From the NCBI RefSeq assembly GCF_009914755.1, contig NC_060934.1: a DNA stretch of 64,000 nucleotides; one strand, written 5' to 3'. The stretch is from the human T2T-CHM13v2.0 reference genome, Homo sapiens. A model generated the notes under the pieces. It searched no databases. It was not told where the DNA came from and saw only the letters and a list, made by a program, of their open reading frames with translations. Of the stretch, positions 31,481 to 59,980 are shown piece by piece; position 1 is the stretch's first letter; every line of letters begins with the position of its first letter. The position numbers and the translations under genes were made by a program.

Positions 31481-31870
31481 ACCAGGAATAGGCAGTAATC
31501 TTAGCACTTTGGGAGGCCAAGGCAGGCGGCTGGGAGGTGGAGGTTGTTGTGAGCGGAGATCAGGCCACTGCACTCCAGCCTGGGCAACATTGAGCACTGA
31601 GTGAGCAAGAATCCGTCAGCAGTCCCAGCAACTCGGGAGGACGAGGCGGGCAGATCACTCGAGGTCAGGAGCTGGAGACCAGCCCAGCCAACATGGTGAA
31701 ACCGCGTCTCCACCAAAAATACAAAAAGCAGTCAGGTGTGGCGGTGCACGCCTGCAATCCCAGGCACTCAGAAGGCAGAGGCAGGAGAATCACGGGAGCC
31801 AGAGGCAGGGAGGTTGAAGAGAGCCGAGATCAAGGCATTACAATTCAGCCTTGGCAACAGAGGGAGACCG

Positions 31871-31903
31871 AAGGAAAGAAAGAAAGAAAGAAGGAAGGAA
31901 GGA

Positions 31904-31970
<67 letters not shown>

Positions 31971-32003
31971 GAAGGAGGGAAGAAAGGAGGGAAGGAAGGA
32001 AAG
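31871..32003. repeat. (GAAA)n/(GGAA)n polypurine microsatellite at the SVA 5' end
   Basis: Directly visible ~130-bp pure purine tract. Confidence 0.97.
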
Positions 32004-35000
32004 ACAAAGAAGTTTCTGAGAATGCTTGTGTGTAGTTTTTATGTGAAGATAGTTCCTTTTCCATAATAGGCCACATAGTGCTCCAAATATCCACCTGCAG
32101 ATACTACAAAAAGAGTGCTTCAAAACTGGATAATCAAATGAAATGTTCAACTCTGTGAGATGAATGCACACATCACAAAGAAGTTTCGCAGAACACTTCT
32201 GTGTAGTTTTTATGTGAAGATATTTCCTTTTCCACCATTGGCCACAAAGGGCTCCAAATAGCCACTTGCATATTGCACAAAAAGAGAGTTACAAAACTGC
32301 TCTATCAGAAGATAGGTTCAACTCTGCGAGTTGAATGCACACATCAAAAAGTGGTTTCTCAGAATGCTTCTGTGTAGTTTTTATGTGAAGTTATTCCCTT
32401 TTCCACTATAGGCCTCAAAGCGCTCCAAATCTCCACTTGCAGATTCTACAGAAAGAGTGTTTCCAAACTGCTCAATCAAAAGAGATGTTCAACTCTGTGA
32501 AATGAAAGCAAACATCACAAAGAAGTTTCTCAGAACGCTTCTGTGTAATTTTTATGTGAACATATTAACTTTTCCACCATAGGCCACAAACCACTCCAAA
32601 TATCCACTTGCAGATTCTACAAAAAGAGTGTTTCAAAACTGCTCAATCAAAAGAAAGCTTCAACTCTGTGAGATGAATGCTCACATCACAATGAAGTTTC
32701 TCAGAATGCTTCTGTCTAGTTTTTATATGAATATATTACCTTTTCCACCACAGGCCTAAAAGCGCTCCAAATATCCACTTGCAGTTTCTACAAAAAGAGG
32801 GATTCAAAGCTGCTCAATCAAAAGAAAGCTTCAACTCTGTAAGACGAGTGCACAAATCACAAAAAAATTTCTCAGAAAACTTCTGTCTAGTTTTTATGTG
32901 AAGATATCTCCTGTTCCACCATAGGCCTCAAAAGCACTCCAAATATCCACTTGGAGACTCTACAAAAAGAGTGTTTCAAAGCTGCTCAATCAAAAGAAAG
33001 GTTCAACTCTGAGAGAATAATGTGCAGATCATGAAGAAGTTTCTCAGAATGCTTCTGTTTAGTTTCTATTTGAAGATATTTCTTTTTCCACCATAGGACT
33101 CAAAGCGATCCAAATATCCACTTGCAGTTTATACAAAAAGAGTGTTTCAAAACTGCTCAATCAAAAGAAAGGTTCAAATCTGTTAGATGAATGCACACAT
33201 AACAAGGAAGTTTCTCATAATGCTTCAGTTTAGTTTTTATATGAAGATATTTCCTTTTCCACCATAGACTGCAAAGCACTCTAAATATCCAGTTGCAGAT
33301 TCTATAAAAAGAGTGTTTCAAAATTGCTCAATCAAAAGAAAGGTTCTACTCTGTGAGTTGAATGCACACATCACAAAGAAGTTTCTCAGACTGCTCCAGT
33401 CTAGTTTTTATGTGAAGATATTTCCTTTTCCACCATAGGCCACAAAGTGCTAAAAATATCCTCTTGCAGATTCTACAAAGACAGTTTTTCAAAACTGCCC
33501 AATCAAAGGAAAGATTCAACTCTGTCAAATGAAGGCACACATCACAAAGAAGTTTCTCAGAATACTTCTGTCTAGTTTTTAATGAAGATATTTCCTTTTC
33601 CCAACTGGCCACAAATGTATCCAAATATCCACTTGCATATCTTACAAAAAGAGGGTTTCAAATCTGCTTAATCAAAAGAAATATTCAACTCTGTGAAATG
33701 AATGCACACATCAAAATGAAATTCCTCATGATGCTTCTGTCCAGTTTTTATGTGAACATAATTTGTTTTCCAAACTCGGGCTCAAAGCGCTCCAAATATC
33801 CACTTGGAGATTTACAAAAAGAATTTTTCAAAACTGCTCAATCAAAAGAAAGGCTCAACTCGGTGAGATGAAAGCACATATCACACAGTAGCTTCTCAAA
33901 TTGCTTCTTTCTCGTTTTTATGTGAACATATTTTGTTTTCCACCATACACCACAAATTGCTCCAAATTTCCACTTGCAGATTCTAGAAAAAGAGTGTTTT
34001 GAAACTTCTCAAAGGAAAGTTTCAACTCTGTGAACTGATGCACACATCACAAAGATGTTTCTCAGAATACTCCTGTCTACTTTTTATGTGAAGATACTAT
34101 CTTTTACACTAGAGGAGGCAAATTGCTCCAAATATCTACTTGCAGATTCTAAAAAAAAGACAGTTTTAAAACTCCTCAATCAAAAGACAGGTTCGTCTCT
34201 CTGAGTTGAATGCACACATCAGAAAAGAACTTCCTCAGAATGCTTCTGTCTAGTTTTTATGTGAAGATACTGCCTTTTCCACCTTAGTGCTCTAAGAGCT
34301 CTAAATATCCACTTGCAGATTCTACAAAAAGAGTGTTTCAGAACTGCTCAATCAAAAGAAATGTTCAATTCTGTGAGATGAATGCACACATCACAAAGAA
34401 GTTTCTCAGATGCTTCTGTCTAGTTTTTATGTGAAGAGATTTCCTTTTGCAGTAGAGGTCGCAAAGCCCTCAATTATCCACTAGCAGATTCTACAAAAAG
34501 AGTGTTTCAAACTGCTCAATCAAAAGACATGTTTAACTCTGTAAGATGAATGCACACATCACAAAGAAGTTTCTCAGAATGCTTTTGTATTGTCTTCATG
34601 TGAGGATATTTTCTTTTCCAACACAAGCCTCAAAGCACTCCAAATATCCACTTGCAGATTGTACAAAAAGAGTGTTTCAATACTGCTCAATCAAAAGAAA
34701 TGTTCAACGCTGTGAGATCAATGCACACATCACAAAGAAGTTTCTCAGAATGCTTCTGTCTAGTTTTTATGTGAAGATATTTCCTTTTCCACCATAAGCC
34801 ACACAAGACTCCAAATATCCACTTGCAGATTCTACAAAAAGAGTGTTTCAAAACTGCCCAATAAAAAGAATGGTTCAACTCTGTGAGATGAATGCACACA
34901 TCACAAAGAATTTTCTGAGAGTGCTTCTGTCTAGTTTTTTTGTGAACATATTTCTTTTTCCACCATAGGCCTCGAAGCACTCCAAATATCCAATCGCAGA

Positions 35001-38000
35001 TTCTATAGAAAGAGTGTTTCAAAACTGCTGAATCAAAAGAAAGGTTCAACTCTCTGAGATGAACACAGACATCACAAAGAAGTTTCTCAGAATGCTTCCG
35101 TTTAATTTTCTTGTGAAGATATTTCCTTTTTCATCATAGGCCTCACAGCGTTCCAAATATCCACTTGCAGATCCTACAAAAAGAGTGTTTCAAAACTGCT
35201 CAATCAAACGAAATGTTCAACTCTGTGAGAAGAAAGCACACATCACAAAGAAGTCTCTCCTATAATGATTCCGCTTAGTATTTATGTGAAGGTATTTCCT
35301 TTTCCACCATAGGCATAAAAGCACTCCAAATATTCCCTTGAAGATTCTGCACAAAGAGGGTTTCAAAACTTCTCAATAAAAAGAAAGTTTCAACTCTGTG
35401 AGATGAATGCACACATCACAAAGAAGTTTCTCAGAATGCCCCTGTTTTGCTTTTATATGAAGATATTTCGATTTCCACCATAGGCGTCAAAGTGCTCCAA
35501 ATATCCAACTGTAGATTCTACAAAAACAATGTTTCAAAACTGCTCAATCAAAGGGAACGTTAAACTTTGTGAGATGACTGCACACATCACAAAGAAGTCT
35601 CTCATAATGCTTCTGCATAGTTTTTATGTGAAGATATTTCCTTTTCCACCATAGGCATAAAAGTGCTCCAAATATCCCCTTGCAGATTCTGCAAAAAGAG
35701 CGTTTCAAAACTGCTCAATAAAAAGAAAGTTTCATCTCTGTGAGATGAATGCACACATCACAAAGAAGTCTCTCAGAAGGCTTCTGTCTATTTTTTAAGT
35801 GCAGATATTTCCTTTTCCTGTAGAGGTCACAAAGCACTCCAAATATCCACTTGCAGATTCTACAAAAAGAAAGTTTCCAAAGTGCTCAGTCAAAAGAAAG
35901 GTTCAACTAAGTGAGATAAATGCATACATAACAAAGAAGTTTCTCAGAAGGCTTCTGCCTAGTTTTTGTTTGAAGACATTTCCCTTTACATCATAGGCCT
36001 CAAAGCGCTCCAAATTTCCACTTGCAGATTCTCCAAATGTGTGTTTCAAACTGCTCAATCTAAAGTAAGTTTCAACTCTTTGAGGTGAATGCACAAATCA
36101 CATAGAAGTTTCTCAGAATGCTTCTGTCTAGTTTTTATGTGAAGATATTTCCTTTTTCACTAGAGGCCACAAATCGCTCCAAATATCCACTTGCAGAGTC
36201 TACAAAAAGAGTGTTTCAAAACTCTTCAATGAAAAGAAAGTTTCAACTCTGTGAGTTGAATGCATAACTCACAAAGAAGTTTTTCAGAATGCTTCTGTGT
36301 GGTTTTTATGAGAAGATATTTCCGTTTCCAGAACAGGCCTCAAATTGCTCCAAATATCCCCTTGCAGATTCTACAAAAAGAGTGTTTCAAAGCTGCTCAA
36401 TGAGAAGAATGGTTCAACTCTGTGAGATGAATGCTTCTTTGTAGTTTTTATGTGAAGCAATTTCCTTTTCCACCTTAAGCCTCAAAGCGTTCCAAATATC
36501 CACTTTCAGATTCTACATAAATAGTGTTTGGAAACTGACGAATCAAAAGAAATGTTCAACTCTGTGAGATGAATGCACATATCCCAAAGAAGTTTCTCAG
36601 TTTGCTTCTGTCTAGTTTCTATTTGAAGATATTTCCTTTTCCACCATAGGCTTCAAATCACGCCATATATCCACTTGGAGATTCTATAAAAAGAGTGTTT
36701 CAAAACTGTTCAGTCAAAAGAAAGGTTCAACTCTGTGAGATGAATGCAGACATCACTCAGAAGTTTCTCTGAATGCTTCAGTCTAGTTTTTATGTTAAGA
36801 TATTTCTTTTTCTACCCTCGGCTGCAAAGGGCTTCAAATAGCCACTTGCAGATTCTACATAGTGTTTTGAAACTGATGAATCAAAAGAAAATTTAAAATC
36901 TGTGAGATGAGTGCACACATTACACAGAAGCTTCTCAGAGTGCTTCTGTCTAGATGTAATGTGAAGATATTTCCTTTTCCACAGGAGGCCACAGATCCCT
37001 CAAAATATCCACTTACAGATTTTTCAAAAAGCGTGTTTCAAAATTGCTCAATGAAAAGAAAGGTTTGATTCTGTTAGTTGAATGTACATATCACAAAAAA
37101 GATTCTCAGAATGCTTCTGCCTAGTTTTTATGTGAAGATATTTTCTTTTCCACCAGAGGCCTCAAAGTGCTCCAAATTTCCACTTGCAGATTATTCAAAA
37201 AGAGAGTTTCAAAACTGCTCAATTAAAAGAAAATTTCAACTCTGTGAGGTGAATACACACATAAAAAGGAGTTTCTCAGAATGCTTCTGTATAGTTTTTA
37301 TGTGAAGTTATTTCCATTATCAGCAGAGACCAAAGGGCTCCAAATATCCACTTGCAGATTCTACAAAAAGTGTGTTTCAAAGCTGTTCAATCAAAAGAAA
37401 GTTTCAACTCTGTGAGATGAATGCACACTGCACAAAGTCATTTCTCAGAATTCTTCTGTCTAGTTTTTATGTGAAGATATTTATTTTCAACCGTAGGCCT
37501 CAAAGCACTCCAAATATCCACTTTCAGATTCTACACAAACTGTGTTTGAAATCCGCAATCAAAAGAAAAGTTCAACTCTGTGAATTGAATGCACACATCA
37601 CACAGAAGTTTCTCAGAATGTTTCTGTCTAGTTTTTATATAAAGATATTACCTCTTCCCAGGAGGCCGCAAAGACCTCGAAATATCCACTTGCGGATTCT
37701 ACAAAAAATGTGATTCAATACTGCTCAATCAAAAAAAAAGTTTTAACTCTCTGAGTTGAATGCAGACATCACAAAGAAGATTCTCTGAATGCTTCTGTGT
37801 ATTTTTTATGTGAAGATATTTCCTTTTCCACCATAGGCCCTCGAAATAGACACTTGCAGATTCTACGAAAAGAGTGTTTCAAAATTACTCAATTGAAAGA
37901 AAGGTTCAACAATGTGAGTTGAATGAACACATCACAAAGAAGTTTCTGAGAATGCTTCAGTCTAGTTTTTATATGAAGATATATCCGTTTCCACCAGAGG

Positions 38001-40263
38001 CCTCAAAGTGCTCCAAATATCCACTTGCATATTCTACAAAAAGAGGTTTTCAAAACTGAACAATGAAAAGAAAGTTTCAATTCGTTGAGATGAATGCACA
38101 CATCACAAAATGTTTCTCAGAATGCTTCTGTCTCGTTTTTATGTGAAGGTATTTCCTTTTCAACCATAGGCCGAAAAGCACTCCAACTATCCACTTGCAG
38201 ATGCTACAAAAGAGTGTTTCAAACTGGCTCAAACAAAAGAAAGGTTCATCTCTGTGAGTTGAATGCACACATCACAAAGAAGTTTCTCAGAATGCTTCTT
38301 TCTAGTGTTTATGTGAATATAGGTCCTTTTCCACCAAAGGCCTCAAACCGCTACAAATATCCATTTGCGGATACTACAAAAAGACTGTTTCAAAACAGCT
38401 CAATGAAAGACAGGTTCAACTCTGTGAGTTGAATGCACACATCAAAAAGAAGTTTCTCAGAATGCTTCTGTCTAGGTTTTATGTGAAGATATTTCCTTTT
38501 CCACCATAGGCCTCAAAGCGCCCCAAATATCCCATTGTAGATTCTATAAAAAGCGTGTATCAAAACTGCTCAATCAAAAGAAAGGTTCAACACTGTAAGG
38601 TGAATGCACACAACACAAAGAATTTTAACAACATGCTTCTGTGTAGTTTTTATGAGGATACTTCCTTTTCCTAAATAGGCCGCACAGGGCTCCAAATATC
38701 CCCTTGCAGATTCTATGAAAACAGAGATTCAAATCTGCTCAATCAAAAGATACGTTCAACTCTGTGAGCTGAATGCACACATCACAATGAAGTTTCTGAG
38801 AATGCTTCTGTGTAGTTTTTATGTGAAGATATTTCCTTTTCCACCATAGTCCACAAAGGGCTTCAAATATCTACTTGTAGATTCTACAAAAAGAGAGTTT
38901 CAAAACTGCTCAATCAAAAGATAGGTTCATCTCAGTGACATGAATGCCCACATTGCAAAGAAGTTTCTCAGAATACTTCTGTGTAGTTTTTATGTGAAGA
39001 TATTTCCTTTTCAAACATAGGCCTCAAAGCACTCCAAATATCCACTTGCAGATTCTACAAAAAGAGTGGTTCAAAACTGCACAATGAAAAGAAAGTTTCA
39101 ACTCTCTGAGATGAACGCACACATTGCAAAGAAGTTTCTCAGAATACTTCTGTGTAGTTTTTATGGGAAGATATTTCCTTCTCCACAATAGGCCTCCAAG
39201 TGCTTCAAATATCCACTTGCAGATTCTACAAAAAGTGTGTTTCAAAACTCCTTAATCAAAATAAATGTTCAACTTTGTGAGAAGAATGCACACATCACAA
39301 AGAAGTCTCCCAGAATGCTTCTGTGTAGTTTTTATGTGAAGATATTTCTTTTTCCAAAATAGTCCACTAAGGGCTCCACATATCCACTTGCAGATTCTAC
39401 AAAAAGACAGCTTCAAATCTGCTCAATGAAAAGATAGGTTCAACTCTGTGAGTTTAATGCAGACATCACAAAAACGTTTCTCAGAATACTTCTGTGTAGT
39501 TTTTATATGAAGACATTTCCTTTTCCACCATAGGCTGCAAATGGCTCCAAATACCCACTTTCAGATTTTACAAAAAGAGAGTTTCAAAACTGCTCTATCA
39601 AAATACATGTTCAACACTGTGAGTTTAATGGCTCATCACAAAGAAGTCTCTCAGAATGCTTCTGTGTAGTTTCAATGTGAAGATAATTCCTTTTCCAGCA
39701 TAGGCCTCAAAGCACACCAAATATCCACCTGCAGATTCTACAAAAAGAGTGTTACAAAACTACTAAATCAAAAGAAAGCTTCAACTCTGTGTCATGAATG
39801 CACACATCACAAGTTTCTCAGAATTCTTCTGTATAGTTTTTATGTGAAGATATTTCCTTTTCCACCATAGGCCTTAGAGCGCTCCAAATATCCACTTCCA
39901 GAGTCTACAAGAAGTGTGTTTTCAAGCTGCTCTATCAAAAGAAAGGTTCAACTTTGTAAGATGAATGCACACATCACAAAGATTTTTCTCAGAATGCTTC
40001 TGTGTACTTTTTATATGTAGACACTTCGTATTCCACAATAGGCCTCAAACCGCTCCAAATATCCACTTGCTTGTTCTACAAAATATTGTTTCAAAACTGC
40101 TCAATCAAACGAGAGTTTCAACTCTTTGAGATTAATGCACACATCACAAAGAAGTTTCTCAAAGTGCTTCAGTGTAGTTTTTCTGGGAAGATATTTCCTT
40201 TTCCACAGTAGGCCTCAAAATGCTTCAAATATCCAGTTGCAGATTCTATAAAAGAGTGTTTCC
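32004..40263. repeat. Monomeric alpha satellite, block 5
   Basis: 171-bp periodicity. A more diverged CTGTCTAG/TTCTCAG-type stretch occupies ~32700-38500. Confidence 0.97.
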
Positions 40264-41324
40264 TGGATTCATTAATTTTTTGAAGGGTTTTTGTGGCACT
40301 ATTTCCTTCAGTTCTGCTCTGATTTTAGTTATTTCTTGCCTTCTGCTAGCTTTTGAATGTGTTTGCTCTTGCTTTTCTAGTTCTTTTAATTGTGATGTGA
40401 GGGTGTCAATTTTGGATCATTCCTGCTTCCTCTTGTGGGCATTTAGTGCTATAAATTACCCTCTACACACTGCTTTGAATGTGTCCGAAAGATTCTGGTA
40501 TGCTGTGTCTTTGTTATCACTGGTTTCAAAGAACATCTTTATTTCTGCCTTCATTTCCTGATGTGCTCAGTAGTCACTCAGGAGCAGGTTGTTCAGTTTC
40601 CATGTAGTTGAGTGGTTTTGAGTGAGTTTCTTAATCCTGAGTTCTAGTTTGATTGCACTGTGGTCTGAGAGAAAGTTTGTTATAATATCTGATTTTTTAC
40701 ATTTGCTGAGGAGAGCTTTACTGCCAAATATGTGGTCAATTTTGGAATAGGTGTGGTGCGGTGTTGAAAAAAATGTATATTCTGTTGATTTGGGGTGGAG
40801 AGTTCTGTAGATGTCTATTAGGTCCACTTGGTGCAGAGCTGAGTACAATTCCTGGATATCCTTGTTAACTTTCTGTCTCGTTGATCTGTCTAATGTTGAC
40901 AGTGGGATGTTAAAGTCTCCCATTATTGTTGTGTTGGAGTCTAAGTCTCTTTGTAGGTCACTCAGGACTTGCTTTATGAATCTGGGTGCTGCTGTATTGG
41001 GTGCTTATATCTTTAAGGTAGTTAGCTCTTCTTATTGAATTGATCCCTTTACCATTATGTAATGGCCTTCTTTGTCTTTTTTGATCTTTGTTGGTTTAAA
41101 GTCTGTTTTATCAGAGACTAGGATTGCAAACCCTGCCTTTTTTTGTTTTCCATTTGCTTGGTAGATCTTCCTCCATCCTTTTATTTTGAGCGTATGTGTG
41201 TCTCTGCATGTGAGATGGGTTTCCTGAATACAGCACAGATGGGTCTTGACTCTTTATCCAATTTGCCAGTCTGTGTCTTTTAATTGGAGCATTTAGTCCA
41301 TTTACATTTAAAGTTAATATTGTT
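40264..41324 (-). mobile_element. L1-d, 5' inverted part (ORF2 endonuclease region) of an older twin-primed L1
   Basis: Antisense ORF2 from about codon 8 to 360 (MGDFN…SDHS fragment). Left TSD copy AAAAGAGTGTTTCC at 40250-40263. Confidence 0.9.
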
Positions 41325-41329
41325 TTTTT

Positions 41330-41441
41330 AATTCAAAAAATAAGTATATTATATATATATATATATACACACACACAAATACATAGTATATATTCACTAT
41401 ATGTATGCGTGGGGTGTGTGTGTATGTATATTGGAGAAAAG
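41330..41441 (-). other. Non-L1, non-alpha 112-bp segment with (TA)n/(CA)n; probable 3' transduction of L1-e
   Basis: Lies between T10 (41442-41451, the L1-e tail) and T7 (41323-41329). Confidence 0.6.
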
Positions 41442-56152
<14,711 letters not shown>

Positions 56153-58551
56153 AAAAGAAAACTTCAACGCTGTGAGAGGATTGCATGCTTCACTAAGAGG
56201 TTTCCCAGAATGCTTCTGCAGAGCTTTCCTGTGAAGATATTTGCTTTTCCATCGTAGGCCTCAAAGCACTGCAAGTATACACTTGCAGATTCCACAAAAA
56301 GTGTGTTTCCAAACTGCTCAATCAACAGAAAGGTTCAACTCTGTCAGATGAATGCACACATCACAAAGAAGTTTGTCAGAATGCTTCTGTGTCGTTTTTA
56401 TGTGAAGATATTTCGTTTTCCACCATAGGCCACGAAGGGCTCCAAATATCCATTTGCAGATTCTACAAAAAGATAGTTTCAAAACTGCTAAATCAAAAGA
56501 CAGTTTAAACTCTGTGAGATGAATGAGCACATCACAAGGAAGTTTCTCAGAATGCTTCTGTGTAGTGTTTATGTGAGGATATTTCCTTTTTGACCATAGG
56601 CCTCAAAGCGCTCCAAGTACCCACTTGCAGATTCTACAAAAAGAGTGTTTCAAGACTGCTCAATCAAAGAAAGCTTCAATACTGAGGGATGAATGTAAAC
56701 ATTGCAAAGAATTTTCTCTGAATGTTCTGTGTATTTTTTTTTGAAGATATTACCTTTTCCAACATATGCCACAAAGGGCTCCAAATATGCAATGGCAGAA
56801 TTTTCAAAAAGAGAGTTTCAAAACTGCTCTATCAAAAGACAGGTTCAACTGTGTGAGTTGAATGGACATATCACAGAGAAGTTTCTCAGTATGCTTCTGT
56901 GTAGTTTTTGTGCAAAGACATTTTCTTTTCCACTGTAGGCCTCAAAGTGCTCCAAATATCCACTTCCAGATTCTACAAAAAGAGTGATTCCAAACTGTTC
57001 AATGAAAAGAAAGTTTCAACTCTGTGAGATAAATGCACACATCCAAAGAAGTTTCTCAGAATATTTCTGTGTATTTTTTATGAGAAGATATATCCTTTTA
57101 CACTATAGGCCACAAAGGGCTAAAAATATTTACTTGCAGATTTTACAGTAAGAGAGTTTCAAAACTGCTCTATAAAAAGATAAATGCAACTCTGTGATTT
57201 GAATGCACACATCACAAAACAGTTTCTCAGGATGCTTATGTGTAATTCTTATGTGAAGATATTTCCTTTTCCACCATAGGCCTCAAAGCGCTCCACATAT
57301 ACACTTGCAGATTCTACAAAAATAGTGTTTCAAAACTGCTCAATCTAAAGAAAATTTCAACTCTGTGAGTTGAACGCACTCATCGCAAAGATGTTTCTCA
57401 GAATGCTTCTGTGTAATTTTAATATGAAGATATTTCCTTTTCCACAATTGGTCTCAAAGCACTTCAAATATCCTCTTGCAGATTCTATAAAAAGAGTGTT
57501 TCAAAACTGCTCAATCAAAAGAACGGTTCAACTCTGGTAGATAAATACACATATAACAAAGCGGTTTCTCAGAATGTTTCTGTGTAGTTTTTATGTGAAG
57601 ATATTTTCTTTTCCAAAATAGGCTGCAAAGTGCTACAAATATCCAATTGCAGATTTTAAAAAAAGAGAGTTTCAAAACTGTTCTATCAAAAGATATGTTC
57701 AACTCTGTGAGTTGAATGGACACATCACAAAGGCATTTCTCAGAATGCTTCTGTATAGATTTTATGTGAAGATAATTCCTTTTCCACATAGGCCTCAAAG
57801 CACTCCAAATATCCACTTGCAGATTGTACAAAAAGAATGTTTCAATACTGCTCAATCAAAAGAAAGTTTCAACTCTGTGCGATGAATGCACACATCACAA
57901 AGAAGTATCTCGGAATGCTTCTGTGTAGTTTCTATGTGAAGATATTTCCTTTTTCAGTATAGGCCTCAGATCACTCCAAATATACACTTGTGGATTCTAC
58001 AAAAAGAGTTCTTCAAAACTGCTCAACCAAAAGAAAGATTCAACTCTGTGACATGAATGCATACATCACAAGGAAGTTTCTCAGGATGCTTCTGTGTAGT
58101 TTTTATGTGAAGTTATTTCCTTTTCCTCCATAGGCCTCAATGAGCTCCACATATCCACTTGCAGATTGTACAAAAGGAATGTTTCAATACTGCTCAATCA
58201 AAAGAAAGTTTCAACTCTGTGCGATGAATGCACACATCACAAAGAAGTATCTCGGAATGTTTCTGTGTAGTTTCTATGTGAAGATATTTCCTTTTTCAGT
58301 ATAGGCCTCAGATCACTCCAGATATACACTTGTGGATTCTACAAAAAGAGTTCTCAAAACTGCTCAATCAAAAGAAAGGTTCAACTCTGTGACATGAATG
58401 CACACATCACAAGGAAGTTTCTCAGGATGCTTCTGTGTAGTTTTTATGTGAAGTTATTTCCTTTTCCTCCATAGGCCTCAATGCGTTCCACATATCCACT
58501 TGCAGATTCTACATAAAGAGTGTCTCAAACTGCTCAATCAAAAGAATGGTC
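56153..58551. repeat. Monomeric alpha satellite, block 8
   Basis: 171-bp periodicity, including a recent 342-bp tandem duplication. Confidence 0.97.

Positions 58552-59980
<1,429 letters not shown>

Larger units (their letters stand above)
30130..32003 (-). mobile_element. SVA retrotransposon (SVA_A-like) with short 3' transduction
   Basis: SINE-R ~30234-30750, the SVA_A-type segment GCTGTCACTTCACACTTGGAAGATTGCACAG, GC-rich VNTR ~30795-31480, Alu-like region ~31490-31870 and a simple-repeat head. Perfect 14-bp TSD ACAAAGAAGTTTCT at 30116-30129 and 32004-32017. Confidence 0.95.

Noticed and set aside
30645-31498. 274-aa and overlapping ORFs with repeated LLTSQ
   Set aside because: Open frames through the GC-rich SVA VNTR.
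31693-32171. KERK- and FLSF-repeat ORFs
   Set aside because: Translations of the (GAAA)n microsatellite.
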